64,000 nt of DNA. It comes from Methanobacteriota archaeon (lineage in GTDB: Archaea; Halobacteriota; Bog-38; Methanoflorentales; Methanoflorentaceae). Both the position numbers and the translations under genes were made by a program. The stretch is taken from the NCBI GenBank assembly GCA_963719035.1, contig CAVRAO010000008.1, positions 320,001 through 384,000 of the forward strand. Reading direction: 5' to 3'. Every line of letters begins with the position of its first letter. Positions within the stretch are counted from its first letter, which is position 1. Below the pieces are notes generated by a model that worked only from the letters and a program-made list of their open reading frames with translations, made no database searches and was not told the origin of the DNA. Shown here piece by piece: positions 28,860 through 39,345 of the stretch.

Positions 28860-29585
28860 TCGCGTGCGCTTACGAACTGTTCATACAAGCCCTTGATTTC
28901 GAAGGGGCTGTATTCCTCCGCCGGACCGAAAATACCGATGAACTATGGATTGTTGTTGGTGAGAGCCTTCCCACGGTAAGACGCATTTCAGATGGAACTG
29001 CTTCTCCCCAAGACTTTGAAAGAGGTGAATACTTTTCCGTCGGTCGCGTATTTGCCATAAAAAGGAAAGGCGAAGAACTCACCGCTTGTCTGAAACTCAT
29101 GGAACTATTGTTCCGCGCCACGTACGGCTTCGAGCACCCGGAGAAATTCATTGCCCCTGGAATCGTCGACAAGTCCGCGTACGACAGGCTACTTAAACGA
29201 CTCGATGATGAACATGAAGAAAACCGGCGGAAGGCACGAGAAGGGGAGACCGAAATTATAAAAGTTGCACGGGAGCTGGGCTTTCCCCGAAACCTACTGG
29301 CGAGGGTCCCAGTCATTGGTTCGCCAGGTGTCCAGGGAAGATCCACGGCAAAACTCGGAATCATGTCCTCATTCATCGACGCTGCAGAGGACTGCTTCCG
29401 GTTGCGGATGGTGCCGCCGTAAAGGTGGTGTGGAAGAGCTTCGAGCATTTGTAAGGGAACGCAAAGATGAGAAGAAAAGAGGTGGGTCGGACGAAGAATT
29501 ATGCGCAAAAGAATCGGATGAGGATAAATGGCAGGCCAGACGTGGTCTCTATGGAGTTAGGAGGTGTAGAAAAGAAAGAAGATAA
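28860..29585 (+). pseudogene. Hypothetical protein with a C-terminal C/H zinc finger, frameshifted
   Basis: Read across frames: HWFARCPG...NHVL-FIDAAEDCF-GCGWCRRKGGVEEL. Confidence 0.5.
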
Positions 29586-30538
29586 AGGTCCGATAAAAAA
29601 AGAGCGGCAAGAATCAAAATATGGCGAAGAATTAGTAGAACTCGGTTATAGACTTGAAAAAGGGCTTGGTTTTGACCAGGATTATGGCAAGGCTATGGAG
29701 CTTTATACATTAGCCAGCGCCGAGGGTAATAGTACGGCTATGAACAACATCGGCTGGCTTTATCTGAATGGTCTGGGAGTCAAGCGTAATTTAAAAGCTG
29801 CAGTCGAGTGGTTCGAAAAAGCAGCCCAATCTGATAACACGAGAGCCATGATCAACCTTGGCAACATACGCGAGGCATATGGATTGGATGACGAAGGCAA
29901 TCCTGACTACAAAGGCGCGATGAAATGGTACACAGAAGCCGCCCAATTGGGAGATCCAAAAGCCAAATTGAATCTTGGCAATCTGTATCACTATGGGCAT
30001 GGGGTCAGGAAAAATTACAGAAACGCTGCCGAGATCTATAAAGAGCTGGCCATGTCAGGATATGTAAAAGCATACTTTTACATGGGACTGTACTTCCAGA
30101 ATGGATTTCATTTTAAGCAAAACTACGATGCAGCTAGATATTTCTATGAAATGGGAGCAACCGCCAACGATTCTCTCAGTATGATGAACCTGGGTGTAAT
30201 GTACGGCAAAGGACTAGGAGTAGAGGTCGATAACGAAAAGGCTTTGTCCTGGTATAAACAGGCAGGCGAAAGAGGTGACCCCCTGGCATTTGTAAACATC
30301 GGTTGGTTCTTTGAAAAGGGACTTGCGGTCGAGCAGGATTACAAACAGGCTGTTTATTGGTATAAAAAAGGGGGCTGATGCCCGGGAACCCCATGCTATG
30401 AACAATTTAGGGGCAATGTATGAGCGCGGGCTGGGTGTCAAGAAAGACCAAAAGAAGGCGGAATATTGGTATGCCAAAGCCAGGGACGCGCTGGAGCCTC
30501 AACCGTTTTTAGAAAGCCCTGCGACTGAAATTAACTGA
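29467..30538 (+). CDS. Sel1-like repeat protein (frameshift in a G run at about 30370)
   Basis: Multiple A-x-N-[LI]G-x-x-Y-x-x-G-x-GV...A-x-x-W[YF] repeats; the last repeat continues in another frame to 30538. Confidence 0.8.
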
Positions 30539-30549
30539 TGGAGAGTGTT

Positions 30550-30690
30550 ATGAAAAACGAAACAAGAGGCATTGAAGAGCTTGAAAATCAATTCGAGCTA
30601 ATAGATGACATCATTTGTTATGAATGTAGGCAAACTAAAATAGGCGCATGTCTCTGGCTAGATGGAGAATGTCCACTTGATCTGCTATAA
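30550..30690 (+). CDS. 46-aa four-cysteine small protein
   Basis: GGAG RBS; MKNETRGIEELENQFELIDDIICYECRQTKIGACLWLDGECPLDLL. Too short for the supplied ORF track. Confidence 0.5.
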   Translation: MKNETRGIEELENQFELIDDIICYECRQTKIGACLWLDGECPLDLL

Positions 30691-30944
30691 GTTGTAAATC
30701 AACATACCCAAAGCGTATGAATATGACATTCCAACAAGCGCGGCAGCTATAGGGAGATAAAACGCCAAACGATTCACATTTTCTAGAAATGCTTGATTCA
30801 GAGGATCTTGAACGTCTGAGCGGTTTTAAGATATTCGCGTTTCATATCGGGCTAGACGAATTCAAGCCCGAATATCTCAGGCAAATGGACACTGTCTCGA
30901 TCTCATCCTATACACTGAGAGCTTAGGAAACTTCGTGGAGGACG

Positions 30945-31238
30945 ATGATGAACCTAGCTAGTATTATTGTAGCATTCTTCTTGATTTGCTTGATAATAGC
31001 GGTGCCGCCATTTGGCATTTTGGTTCTTATATTTTATGTAATATGGTGGATTTTTGATTCGGGAAAGAACGATCAGTGTCCAACAACAGAGGTCACAGTA
31101 ACAACTGAGATTCCGAGTAATACGTTTGTAGTTACGACTGATCAAAATGGATATATTTCAAATGTCGAGCCATTCGAAAGCGTGGAATTTGTTAGAGACG
31201 AGGAGGGTAAAAAATGGGAACACTGGGAGCATTTGTAG
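30945..31238 (+). CDS. Small membrane protein
   Basis: GGAGG RBS; N-terminal hydrophobic hairpin. Confidence 0.55.
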   Translation: MMNLASIIVAFFLICLIIAVPPFGILVLIFYVIWWIFDSGKNDQCPTTEVTVTTEIPSNTFVVTTDQNGYISNVEPFESVEFVRDEEGKKWEHWEHL

Positions 31239-31393
31239 GAGTTTTATTATTCCATAAGTTGTTCCAAGCTGCTTCCTCAAACTAGAAGCACGACTAAGCA
31301 CAATAGCGTGACAACGAATGTTTGATGTAACTGATATCGTCGAAGCGATGTGCGGGCGAACGCGCATACGTGGTTAGTGTGTAAGGTATCGAA

Positions 31394-31867
31394 ATGGCAG
31401 CTAATTTCTGTACGCACTGCGGAGTGAATCTCCTTAAAGAGCATAAGTTCTGCCCTAACTGTGGACAACCAGCCTCTGCTGCATCTACAATACAACACAT
31501 TGACTATGTTGATTTAGGCGACTATGGTGCACAACCGATTGCACAACCGGTATACCAACAATATCAACAGGCACCAACATCACCAGTGCCAGTATATCTC
31601 TCAGACAGAAAGAATCCCGGTGTTGCCGCAGTCTTATCCTTCTTTTGGGCTGGACTTGGTCAAATTTACAACGGACAACTAGCGAAGGGGATCGGTTTCA
31701 TGGTGTTATACGCGTTCAGCGTCCTCTTGATATTCGTGCTGATTGGTCTCCTACTCGCTCCGATTGTGTGGCTCATCGGAATGTGGGATGCGTACAATAC
31801 AGCTCAACAGTTCAACGAAAGACAATTGCAGAACGAAAGATTATATTATGAGAGTCTTAGGCGATAG
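31394..31867 (+). CDS. Zinc-ribbon plus TM2-domain membrane protein
   Basis: FCTHCG...FCPNCG, Q/P-rich linker, KNPGVAAVLSFFWAGLGQIYNG. Confidence 0.8.
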   Translation: MAANFCTHCGVNLLKEHKFCPNCGQPASAASTIQHIDYVDLGDYGAQPIAQPVYQQYQQAPTSPVPVYLSDRKNPGVAAVLSFFWAGLGQIYNGQLAKGIGFMVLYAFSVLLIFVLIGLLLAPIVWLIGMWDAYNTAQQFNERQLQNERLYYESLRR

Positions 31868-31899
31868 ATTGCTTGTCCCTTTGGGAGCGATTCTTAGAA

Positions 31900-32697
31900 C
31901 TAAATCCCCCTTCCCTTTTTCACCGCGCTTAATGTACCTCGTCGGCCCCACGTTACTTCGAAACCTCGTGCTGTCAACACGTCTGCAATTTTTGCGCCGT
32001 CTCGGGCATACTTAACGACGATGGCACCGACACGATCCAAAACATCTTGCGGGGTATGCGAAAGGATGTCGAGTTCAGCGCCTTCACAATGCATCTTAAG
32101 GAAATCGATGCGGTCGAGCCCATTGGAACTGAAGACATCCGCGAGCGTGACAGATTCGACGTCAATGGCGCTGACAAAGCCCCGGCCGTTCGACGGATAG
32201 AACGTGTGTCCGTAACTCTTTTTCTCAGAAATCCACAGCCTCTTAATGCCTCGTGAATCACTGACCGCTTGCCTGAGCGCTTTGACGTTGTTTAGCCCGT
32301 TAAGAGCAATGTTTTTCTGCAAAAACCTAAAATTACGGGGATGTGGTTCGTAACAGATCACGGTGTCGCTTGACGCGCTTGCTTGTACAGCAAATACTCC
32401 TATGTGTGCGCCGATGTCTATCACCGTACCGTAGACCGGCCATTGTGAGTATAGGTCGTTGCGAAGGATCTCGTTAAGGATTGACAAATCCCCCATTTTG
32501 GGACGGAGAACGTATTTTAGACCATTTCGCGTGGTTATCAGTGTCGCACTGTCCGTCGATGCAGATGGAGAGAAACGGATGAATAGTGGTAGGTACCAGT
32601 TTCGTACGAGCACGATTAGTCCAATGAACGCGTTCAATAGCGCCGCCATTCTCTTGACGTTCGAGAATAACCGCTTGAGTTCACCCACTAGCATCAC
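31900..32697 (-). CDS. FkbM family methyltransferase
   Basis: VIDIGAHIG, YEPHPRNF, IDFLKMHCEGAE (canonical KxDxEG with D changed to H). Confidence 0.82.
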   Translation of the reverse strand: MMLVGELKRLFSNVKRMAALLNAFIGLIVLVRNWYLPLFIRFSPSASTDSATLITTRNGLKYVLRPKMGDLSILNEILRNDLYSQWPVYGTVIDIGAHIGVFAVQASASSDTVICYEPHPRNFRFLQKNIALNGLNNVKALRQAVSDSRGIKRLWISEKKSYGHTFYPSNGRGFVSAIDVESVTLADVFSSNGLDRIDFLKMHCEGAELDILSHTPQDVLDRVGAIVVKYARDGAKIADVLTARGFEVTWGRRGTLSAVKKGRGI

Positions 32698-32929
32698 TTT
32701 GGTTGCTTAATCTCGTCGTTTTTATCTTCAAGACCCGTATGGGTGGTTTACTGCTTCGTAACCGGCTAAATCTCGCCAAGCACTTCTGCCACTTTGGCTC
32801 GCGCAAACTCGTATTAATCCACAGCGTTTTTATACGTGCTGGTGCGCTCTTGACGTCCGAAATGTAGATCAGTTAGAGTACGACTGCCAACCGTTGGTAT
32901 TCTACGACTAAAACCTCCTTGAAGTTGAA

Positions 32930-34015
32930 ATGAGAACTGCAAAACAACAGCACTGGAACACCAAAGCACTGCCATCAAAGTACACGACAATTGACCTCAA
33001 TCGACGGTTCTCGGCAATCGAAATGCGCAAAATGCGCAGGGGGCTTGTACCTCAACAGATGGAAGATAAGTGGTTTATCTTCTGGGAACGTGATGCGTTA
33101 TACTTCCACCGCAGCTGGACAGGTCACTGCATCTACGTCGTTCGTTTCGTTAACGAAGGTGACTCGTGCGTGATGATCGAAGCAGATGTGAATCGAGACC
33201 CGGAACAATGGACAGAAACCAGCGCTGAAAGAGACGCGGAAATGATCTCATACCTGATTGATGTGCTTCTCCTTCATCGGCAAGCCGTTTTTCCGAGTGA
33301 CGATCCGTCTATCCAGAAGCGAGTAATAACGGAATGGAGCCTCGTTGGACGGGCTATGTTCGGCCAACATCCCTACAGTGAAAGGCCTGATGTGGAAGCG
33401 GCCGCGATAAAGGCAGAACGAATGATAAATTTGATCGACCGTGCGCCAAAGTTCGAGGGAACCGCATATCGTGGTATTAGAGTAGCAGAAAAAGATGCAG
33501 AGGCTATAGAACTTGCAAATAAGACGTTTCCGGGGCTTAAAATGTTTGTGCGAGATGTCAACCTCCCTGATACGATCGCTTCAAAGTATAAGCAAGGCAT
33601 GATCATACGGGAAAAAGGCCTTACTGATACTTCTGTCAGGGTAACGGGAATGATTACCACGCACAGATATTCGATATTGTCTAATCACATGCGTGATTTG
33701 CGATTTAATGAAAAAACGATAAATTGGGGGCTGTGCGTAGCCACTGCGGACTCATACTTCAAGGTTTTGGACACCTATCAGTATGGCAATAAAACTCAGA
33801 TACTTCTCCTTCACCTGCCGGAAGATGAGGATTGGAAGCTGTTTCAAAACATTGTTTTCAGTCTTGAAAGCGACTTGATTAAAACATCGAGAGAGAGCTT
33901 TAAAAACAAATGTAATGAAGCCCCAATACCCGAATTGGCGACAGAAGAATGGCTTTCTCGTTGTGCATTTCCGCTAGGAATGGACGATAACGGGAACTTC
34001 TTTGAGCTTGAATAA
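32930..34015 (+). CDS. Chimeric hypothetical protein with a putative ADP-ribosyltransferase-like C-terminal region
   Basis: N-domain PQQMEDKWFIFW...HRSWTG; middle PKFEGTAYRGI; C-domain YKQGMIIREKGLTDTS...SYFKVLD. Confidence 0.55.
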   Translation: MRTAKQQHWNTKALPSKYTTIDLNRRFSAIEMRKMRRGLVPQQMEDKWFIFWERDALYFHRSWTGHCIYVVRFVNEGDSCVMIEADVNRDPEQWTETSAERDAEMISYLIDVLLLHRQAVFPSDDPSIQKRVITEWSLVGRAMFGQHPYSERPDVEAAAIKAERMINLIDRAPKFEGTAYRGIRVAEKDAEAIELANKTFPGLKMFVRDVNLPDTIASKYKQGMIIREKGLTDTSVRVTGMITTHRYSILSNHMRDLRFNEKTINWGLCVATADSYFKVLDTYQYGNKTQILLLHLPEDEDWKLFQNIVFSLESDLIKTSRESFKNKCNEAPIPELATEEWLSRCAFPLGMDDNGNFFELE

Positions 34016-34634
34016 GTGATTTCTGAACAAGTGATTATTCGGACTTCTTAAATTAGATCGTTTTATGAAAAACCGAATAGAGGTCAATAGCCATCGACAT
34101 TAGCTGTAATTCGATCAGCTATCTGATAGTTTTTGCAGCGCTTTCGCAGCGGCTTCATTCTTAACCGCAACTTGCTCGAGCCATATTGTTCTTGGGGCCA
34201 GTGTGAATGGCGGTAACAGGGTGCCCCTTCAGCAGCAGCGCAGCAACTACTTCTTAGAGTCTTAAGAAGTTAATTGGTAAGGTTGAAACTATTAAAATAA
34301 TAGAAAAACTTCTTGAGGAGCTGGCAAAGGGCATAGAATCTCTTATGAATATGCTGGATGAGATACATAAGACGCCACAGCTTCCGTCAAACAATAACGG
34401 AGCTTAGAAAAGACTCCAAGAATGATAACGAAATAGCGACATAGCGTGTTCATTTTAACCTCTCCTTATCTCCTCCCTCTTTATTTCTTTTTTCGATTTC
34501 AAGTACGTAGCGGGTTCCTTTCACGCCATGACCAAGAAGGAACAAGTAATAGCTCAGAAAGTGCCTTGCACATCCCCTTTGAATAACAATCAACGTCTCG
34601 CAACCATTTTCGAGCATGTTATTAGACGGGTCTC

Positions 34635-34859
34635 TTAATTCTTTCTCCTGACTTCTTTTACAAAAATCCCGATGTAAATCAGCACTATGCCTGCAATGAT
34701 ACTAATAACGTGCAGGACGCCAGACACGTTAAGCGCAAATCCACTTACTAAGATATCATACGCAGCGAGTCCAGCACCGAAGAGACCGATCACGATTAAC
34801 AATATCCTAAGACCTAAATCCCGTACCATATCTACTCCTTCTTCGTCGTTCGTTATCAA
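34635..34859 (-). CDS. Small two-TM membrane protein
   Basis: Two hydrophobic helices and a basic C-terminus; GGAG before the internal ATG (MVRDL). Confidence 0.6.
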   Translation of the reverse strand: MITNDEEGVDMVRDLGLRILLIVIGLFGAGLAAYDILVSGFALNVSGVLHVISIIAGIVLIYIGIFVKEVRRKN

Positions 34860-35194
34860 AAAAATGAATCAACTACGTAACACTAGCTGACGTGACTTAA
34901 GCGTTATCTTTAGGGGTCAATAGAGATCGTATCGGTCGTTGTCGCCGAACTTGAGCGAGAACTTGTGCGTGCAGATCGGTTGCATATCGAGCACTAGTGA
35001 AGTTAAGGCTTAACCGTTGTGATTCGTGCAAGAATCCAATTTGTATATTCTGGTGCAAAATTACCTAGATTTCGTCCTGTTGACGACTCAAGACAATATT
35101 GACAAATTTTTATAAGGTTAATTATATAAAAGTCGCACCTCAATATAGCTCGTTTAAATGCGCGCCACGCGCGCTGCCATTGCGAGGTGAAAAA

Positions 35195-37459
35195 ATGAAT
35201 GATCGAGTTAAAACTATCATCATCATTATTCCAGTCGTACTCATCATCTTTGGATCAATGGCAGCGACGGTGTCCGCTACCCAGTACTCTTTAACCCTCG
35301 CCGGGCCCCAAACGGTCGCCGCCGGACAGACGTTTGTCGTCAGCGGGGTGTACACGGAAGGTGGCGAGGGGAAAGCAGGAATAAGCGTGGACATTTTCGA
35401 CGTGACTTCAGATTCGATATGCAGCGCATGTCACGATAATACCGGTACTAAGATAGGCAGCGCTATTACCGGTGAAGGTGGCGTCTACAAGACGACCGTA
35501 GGGCCACTCTCCGGCGGTGATTACGTTTTCGGTGCGCTTGTGGTGGGATCTAGCATCACCCACCCGGGGGTGGAAAGCGACCCGCTGAATGTGCATGTCT
35601 TTTCGTGCTCTATAACCCTCGTGGGCCCAGAGACCGCGACTGCCACTAAGAACTTCACTATCAACGGCACGCTGAGCGTTGGAACTACGGGCATAGCTGA
35701 CGCGACGATAACGCTGCAGCGCTCCATAGACAATGCGATCTGGAGCAACGTGACAACGAACCAGACGAATAGTACGGGCGGCTACCAATTTAGCAAGAAC
35801 GAATCGGCTGCAGGCACCTATTACTATCGCACAGCCTATGACGGCAATGATACATACGGCAACACCACGAGCGGTGTTGTCGAGATCACAGTCTTGAGCG
35901 TTGCACCGCCGCAAAGCATGCGATTCACAGACGGCTGCGACAAGAGTGTCTATATCGGGGCCCCTACTCATATTTCCGCTGCATGGGACCCGAGTTCTGA
36001 TCCGGACGTAGCGGGCTACCGCTCTTACTGGCGCGTGACGTCTCCATCTGGTGAGAGTACTAGCGTGACCATCGATGTGGGCCTTGTCACTTCTACGACC
36101 TTCACGTTTACACCCGCTGTTGCGGGGGTCTACTCAATCCAGCTCAACTGCACCGCGTACACTACAGCGGGCATCGAAGGAGATGCGAGTAACACAGCGG
36201 CGTGTTCGGTATATGCGAACGCCCCGCCGACCCCGCTTGCTGTCACCGCCATCGACCCCTCTGATAATGTGTTGAACGTACCTTATGACAAAGTTATCAA
36301 CGTTACTTTCAACAAGAGCGTCCAACAAAGCACGAACTACAGTAACATCACCCTTGCCAACGGCAGCACGAAAGTGGGCATCACTACAGCTATCACAAGC
36401 GACCTCCTTACAATTACTCCCACGAACGCCCTAACGCGCGATATGACCTATACCGTCACTATCCCTCGCGATGCGGTCAAGAATGGTACCTTTACGCTCG
36501 AGACTGACTTCATTTCCCGTTTCACTACTGAACCAAAGAAACCCACCACGCTTGACGCCTCTGCTCCAGCCACAGCATCCGTTACTAAGAACTTCACCAT
36601 CAACGGCACGCTGAGCGCTGGTAATACGCTCGTCGACAGCCAAACGATCACCCTGCAGCGTTCTACTGACAAAATCATGTGGAACAACTTCACGACGAAC
36701 GTGACCAACGCGACGGGCGACTACCAGTTTAGTAAAAATGAGTCAGCCGCAGGTACCTCCTACTATCGCACCGCCTATGACGGTAACGACACGTACGGCA
36801 ACGCGACAAGTGCAGTTGTGACCGTACAAGTGTACAAGATGCCTACGCAGCTCTCAGCGGCTCCTAATCGTACTGTAGTAGCGATCAACAACCCCTTTAC
36901 GATTAACGGAACGCTCAACACCACCGACGGCACCCCAATCGCGGGCGCCACGGTACAGCTCCAGAAGAACATAAGCGGCACGTGGCAGGACGCCCCCCTA
37001 AAGACCGCAACCACGACGGCAAGCGGTACGTATCGCATCAGCACGAGTGAGTCAACTGTCGGTACCTACCAGTACCGCGCGACCTACGCAGGCGACGATA
37101 CCTATGTCGGTAATAACAGCACGAGCGTCAGCGTTAAGGTAGTCAGCAAGGCTTCCGTTCAACAAGATTTCGCTACCCTTAGAACCACCTTCAACAATCA
37201 GCCTAACTCAGCTTTCATGCCCGGCACCAAGAGCGCCCTCATTGCTGTGCTGAACGCCGCTGAGCTGCAGATGCGCTACGGCCACTACAGCGCCGCCGCA
37301 TACACCCTCCAATATCAGTTCCTCGTACGCACGGACGGCTGCGCACTCCGTGGCACACTGGATACCGCCGATCTCGTCCGGACGTGTGCCGCACAGGGAC
37401 AGCTCTATCCGCAGGTGCAGAATCTGATACAGGAGCTAAATGCGTTGCAGGGTTCGTGA
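35195..37459 (+). CDS. Secreted multi-Ig-like-domain protein with a single CxxCH motif
   Basis: GAGGTGA RBS, signal peptide and T/S/N-rich beta domains. Duplicated module KNFTINGTLS...YYRTAYDGNDTYGN, FnIII-like DVAGYRSYW, Big_5-like segment, CSACH. Confidence 0.75.
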   Translation: MNDRVKTIIIIIPVVLIIFGSMAATVSATQYSLTLAGPQTVAAGQTFVVSGVYTEGGEGKAGISVDIFDVTSDSICSACHDNTGTKIGSAITGEGGVYKTTVGPLSGGDYVFGALVVGSSITHPGVESDPLNVHVFSCSITLVGPETATATKNFTINGTLSVGTTGIADATITLQRSIDNAIWSNVTTNQTNSTGGYQFSKNESAAGTYYYRTAYDGNDTYGNTTSGVVEITVLSVAPPQSMRFTDGCDKSVYIGAPTHISAAWDPSSDPDVAGYRSYWRVTSPSGESTSVTIDVGLVTSTTFTFTPAVAGVYSIQLNCTAYTTAGIEGDASNTAACSVYANAPPTPLAVTAIDPSDNVLNVPYDKVINVTFNKSVQQSTNYSNITLANGSTKVGITTAITSDLLTITPTNALTRDMTYTVTIPRDAVKNGTFTLETDFISRFTTEPKKPTTLDASAPATASVTKNFTINGTLSAGNTLVDSQTITLQRSTDKIMWNNFTTNVTNATGDYQFSKNESAAGTSYYRTAYDGNDTYGNATSAVVTVQVYKMPTQLSAAPNRTVVAINNPFTINGTLNTTDGTPIAGATVQLQKNISGTWQDAPLKTATTTASGTYRISTSESTVGTYQYRATYAGDDTYVGNNSTSVSVKVVSKASVQQDFATLRTTFNNQPNSAFMPGTKSALIAVLNAAELQMRYGHYSAAAYTLQYQFLVRTDGCALRGTLDTADLVRTCAAQGQLYPQVQNLIQELNALQGS

Positions 37460-37486
37460 GGGGGGCTATACCCCCTCCATTTTTTT
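37458..37486 (+). terminator. Hairpin plus T tract
   Basis: GAGGGGG...CCCCCTC followed by T7 directly after the stop codon. Confidence 0.7.
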
Positions 37487-38252
37487 AACACAATTAGGCG
37501 AAGCAATTAGCCGCTAGCGATTATCTATAGATACGCTTCGTAACCACGTGAATAACGTACGTGAAGTGCTGTGGACAATATCTGCGTTGTCATTCAGGAG
37601 ATGTTTGAGCTTGGGCATTGAGCCAAAGTTTGACTTAATACTCGCTACCATGCCTTTGGAATATTTCTTGACAATCCAAGAAAGATTAAAACTCGAAACA
37701 ACGAGACAAGTCGCACGTCACGAAAGAAGATGTTGAGAACGTTCTTAGATATTTCGCCAACGCAGAGAAGAACGGATTGATCAGCAGTTACAGGGCTAAG
37801 CATTACATGGCTTTTATTCCCCTATTTGTAACAAATGCGTTCACTATCACCGAAATCGAAGTGGGAAGATAACCTGCGATTTACACCCCGACCGCATACC
37901 GCATGAGATACTAACCGGCGATGAAACGTGCGACCAATGGAAGGGTGAAGAAAGCTAAAAATCTCGCCCTATTTTGACAACGGAGGCCTAGTCTTACTGT
38001 CAGTTTCTATCTCTACAACTTGCGGTGGATGCCACCGCGGCGTGCACACTGATCGCCCAACCAGGCCCGATCGACGCTCTGCGAGAGGTCGCGACCATTC
38101 AGCACGACCGTGAGCGGCCCGCCTACGAAATGTCGATCAGAAATCAATTAACGCTTTACAGATCTCGAAAAGCAGCAATACATACCAGTCGGGAAGATAA
38201 CGTCAAAATATCCGTTATTTTAGAGATAGAGCTGCAGAACGATCCGGTCTTG

Positions 38253-39002
38253 CTATTCTATTTGCGGGCTTAGTGTCAGGTCCTGTAGCTCATAAGTATC
38301 CAGGTCTGCAGTCTTAGTCGTACAGATGGTGTTGAGGGCACGTTGCTGCTCCCTGTAGTCCGGACATAGAGTTGCCAGCTTGGCCCAGAACCTCTTCGAA
38401 TGGTTGAATTCGAAAAGGTGAGTCAACTCGTGGATCATGACATATTTCGCCAGTCTGTCTGGTAGCGCGATCAATTGCCACGTGAAGACCAAATCACCGT
38501 CCTTCGTGCAGTAGCCCCATCGCTTTGTATTTTTGACGGATACATTACCCACGCTGATGCCAAACCGCTTCGCATAAACGGGCAATTTGCTTGTTAGAAG
38601 CTCTAAGGTTGCTTTTCTCATCCATTCTTTCAATAAAGAAAGCGGCTCTTTCGTTCCGTTCACGTGAATGATGAGTTTGTCGCTGTTTATCTCAATCCCG
38701 TCTTTAGTGGATGAAACCGCATATATCTCAAGATACCGCCCTTTATACATGATAGAACCAGCATCAAAAACACACCTTCTGCTCGATAACTCGCCGTATT
38801 TTCGCTCTATCCATCCGTGCTTCTTCTTCAAAACGCTTTGTGGATCCACGTGAGCATTTGGTGGAATAACGACTTCAAGGTGGAGATCTTGCGTAAATCT
38901 GAGGTGAATGTACTTAGAGCTCTTGCCGACTTTCACGTGGTACGGAACCTCAATATCACGTACTGTTACTGTTCCCACACATCCACCTATAGATTGTACC
39001 AA
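38253..39002 (-). CDS. YgjP/SprT-like (M48, DUF45) metal-dependent hydrolase
   Basis: RWGYC, YVMIHELTHL, NHSKRFW. Confidence 0.85.
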   Translation of the reverse strand: MVQSIGGCVGTVTVRDIEVPYHVKVGKSSKYIHLRFTQDLHLEVVIPPNAHVDPQSVLKKKHGWIERKYGELSSRRCVFDAGSIMYKGRYLEIYAVSSTKDGIEINSDKLIIHVNGTKEPLSLLKEWMRKATLELLTSKLPVYAKRFGISVGNVSVKNTKRWGYCTKDGDLVFTWQLIALPDRLAKYVMIHELTHLFEFNHSKRFWAKLATLCPDYREQQRALNTICTTKTADLDTYELQDLTLSPQIE

Positions 39003-39345
39003 ATGATGAAATTAATCAATTCCTCAGCCAAAGAGGAGAGCTGTTTCATATCAAGGTCGCCTTGAGCATCTGCGCGGGTCGGGGTTCTTGCTTTGGCCGG
39101 CATGCCCGTCTCGTTCTCTTCACACTTTCATGTTCTTTACGTGGCCCACGGTACAGGATAGCTTTATCGGGTTTTTCTAGCGTCAATAATGGCGCCAAAA
39201 TGGCCGTCATTCCCGGAGCGGCGACCCTAGGAATTCTGCGAAGGCAATCATACAGGCGAAAAAGGCACCATAGGAGTGCAGCGCACTCCTGAGCGTCTTT
39301 GCCGCCCGCCGATTTATCTTTTCACTGCATCACTTGCAAACGCTG

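Noticed and set aside
30717-30926. ORF with an in-frame TAG at 30750 (possible pyrrolysine read-through)
   Set aside because: Short, no recognisable product, in a decayed region, and no pyl genes in the window.
32070-32110. D-to-H change in the FkbM KxDxEG motif as a new activity
   Set aside because: A single substitution (GAT to CAT would suffice) cannot be told apart from drift or error.
37500-39002. YgjP-like gene as a marker of a type I restriction-modification locus
   Set aside because: No hsdR/M/S sequence was recognisable in the flanks.
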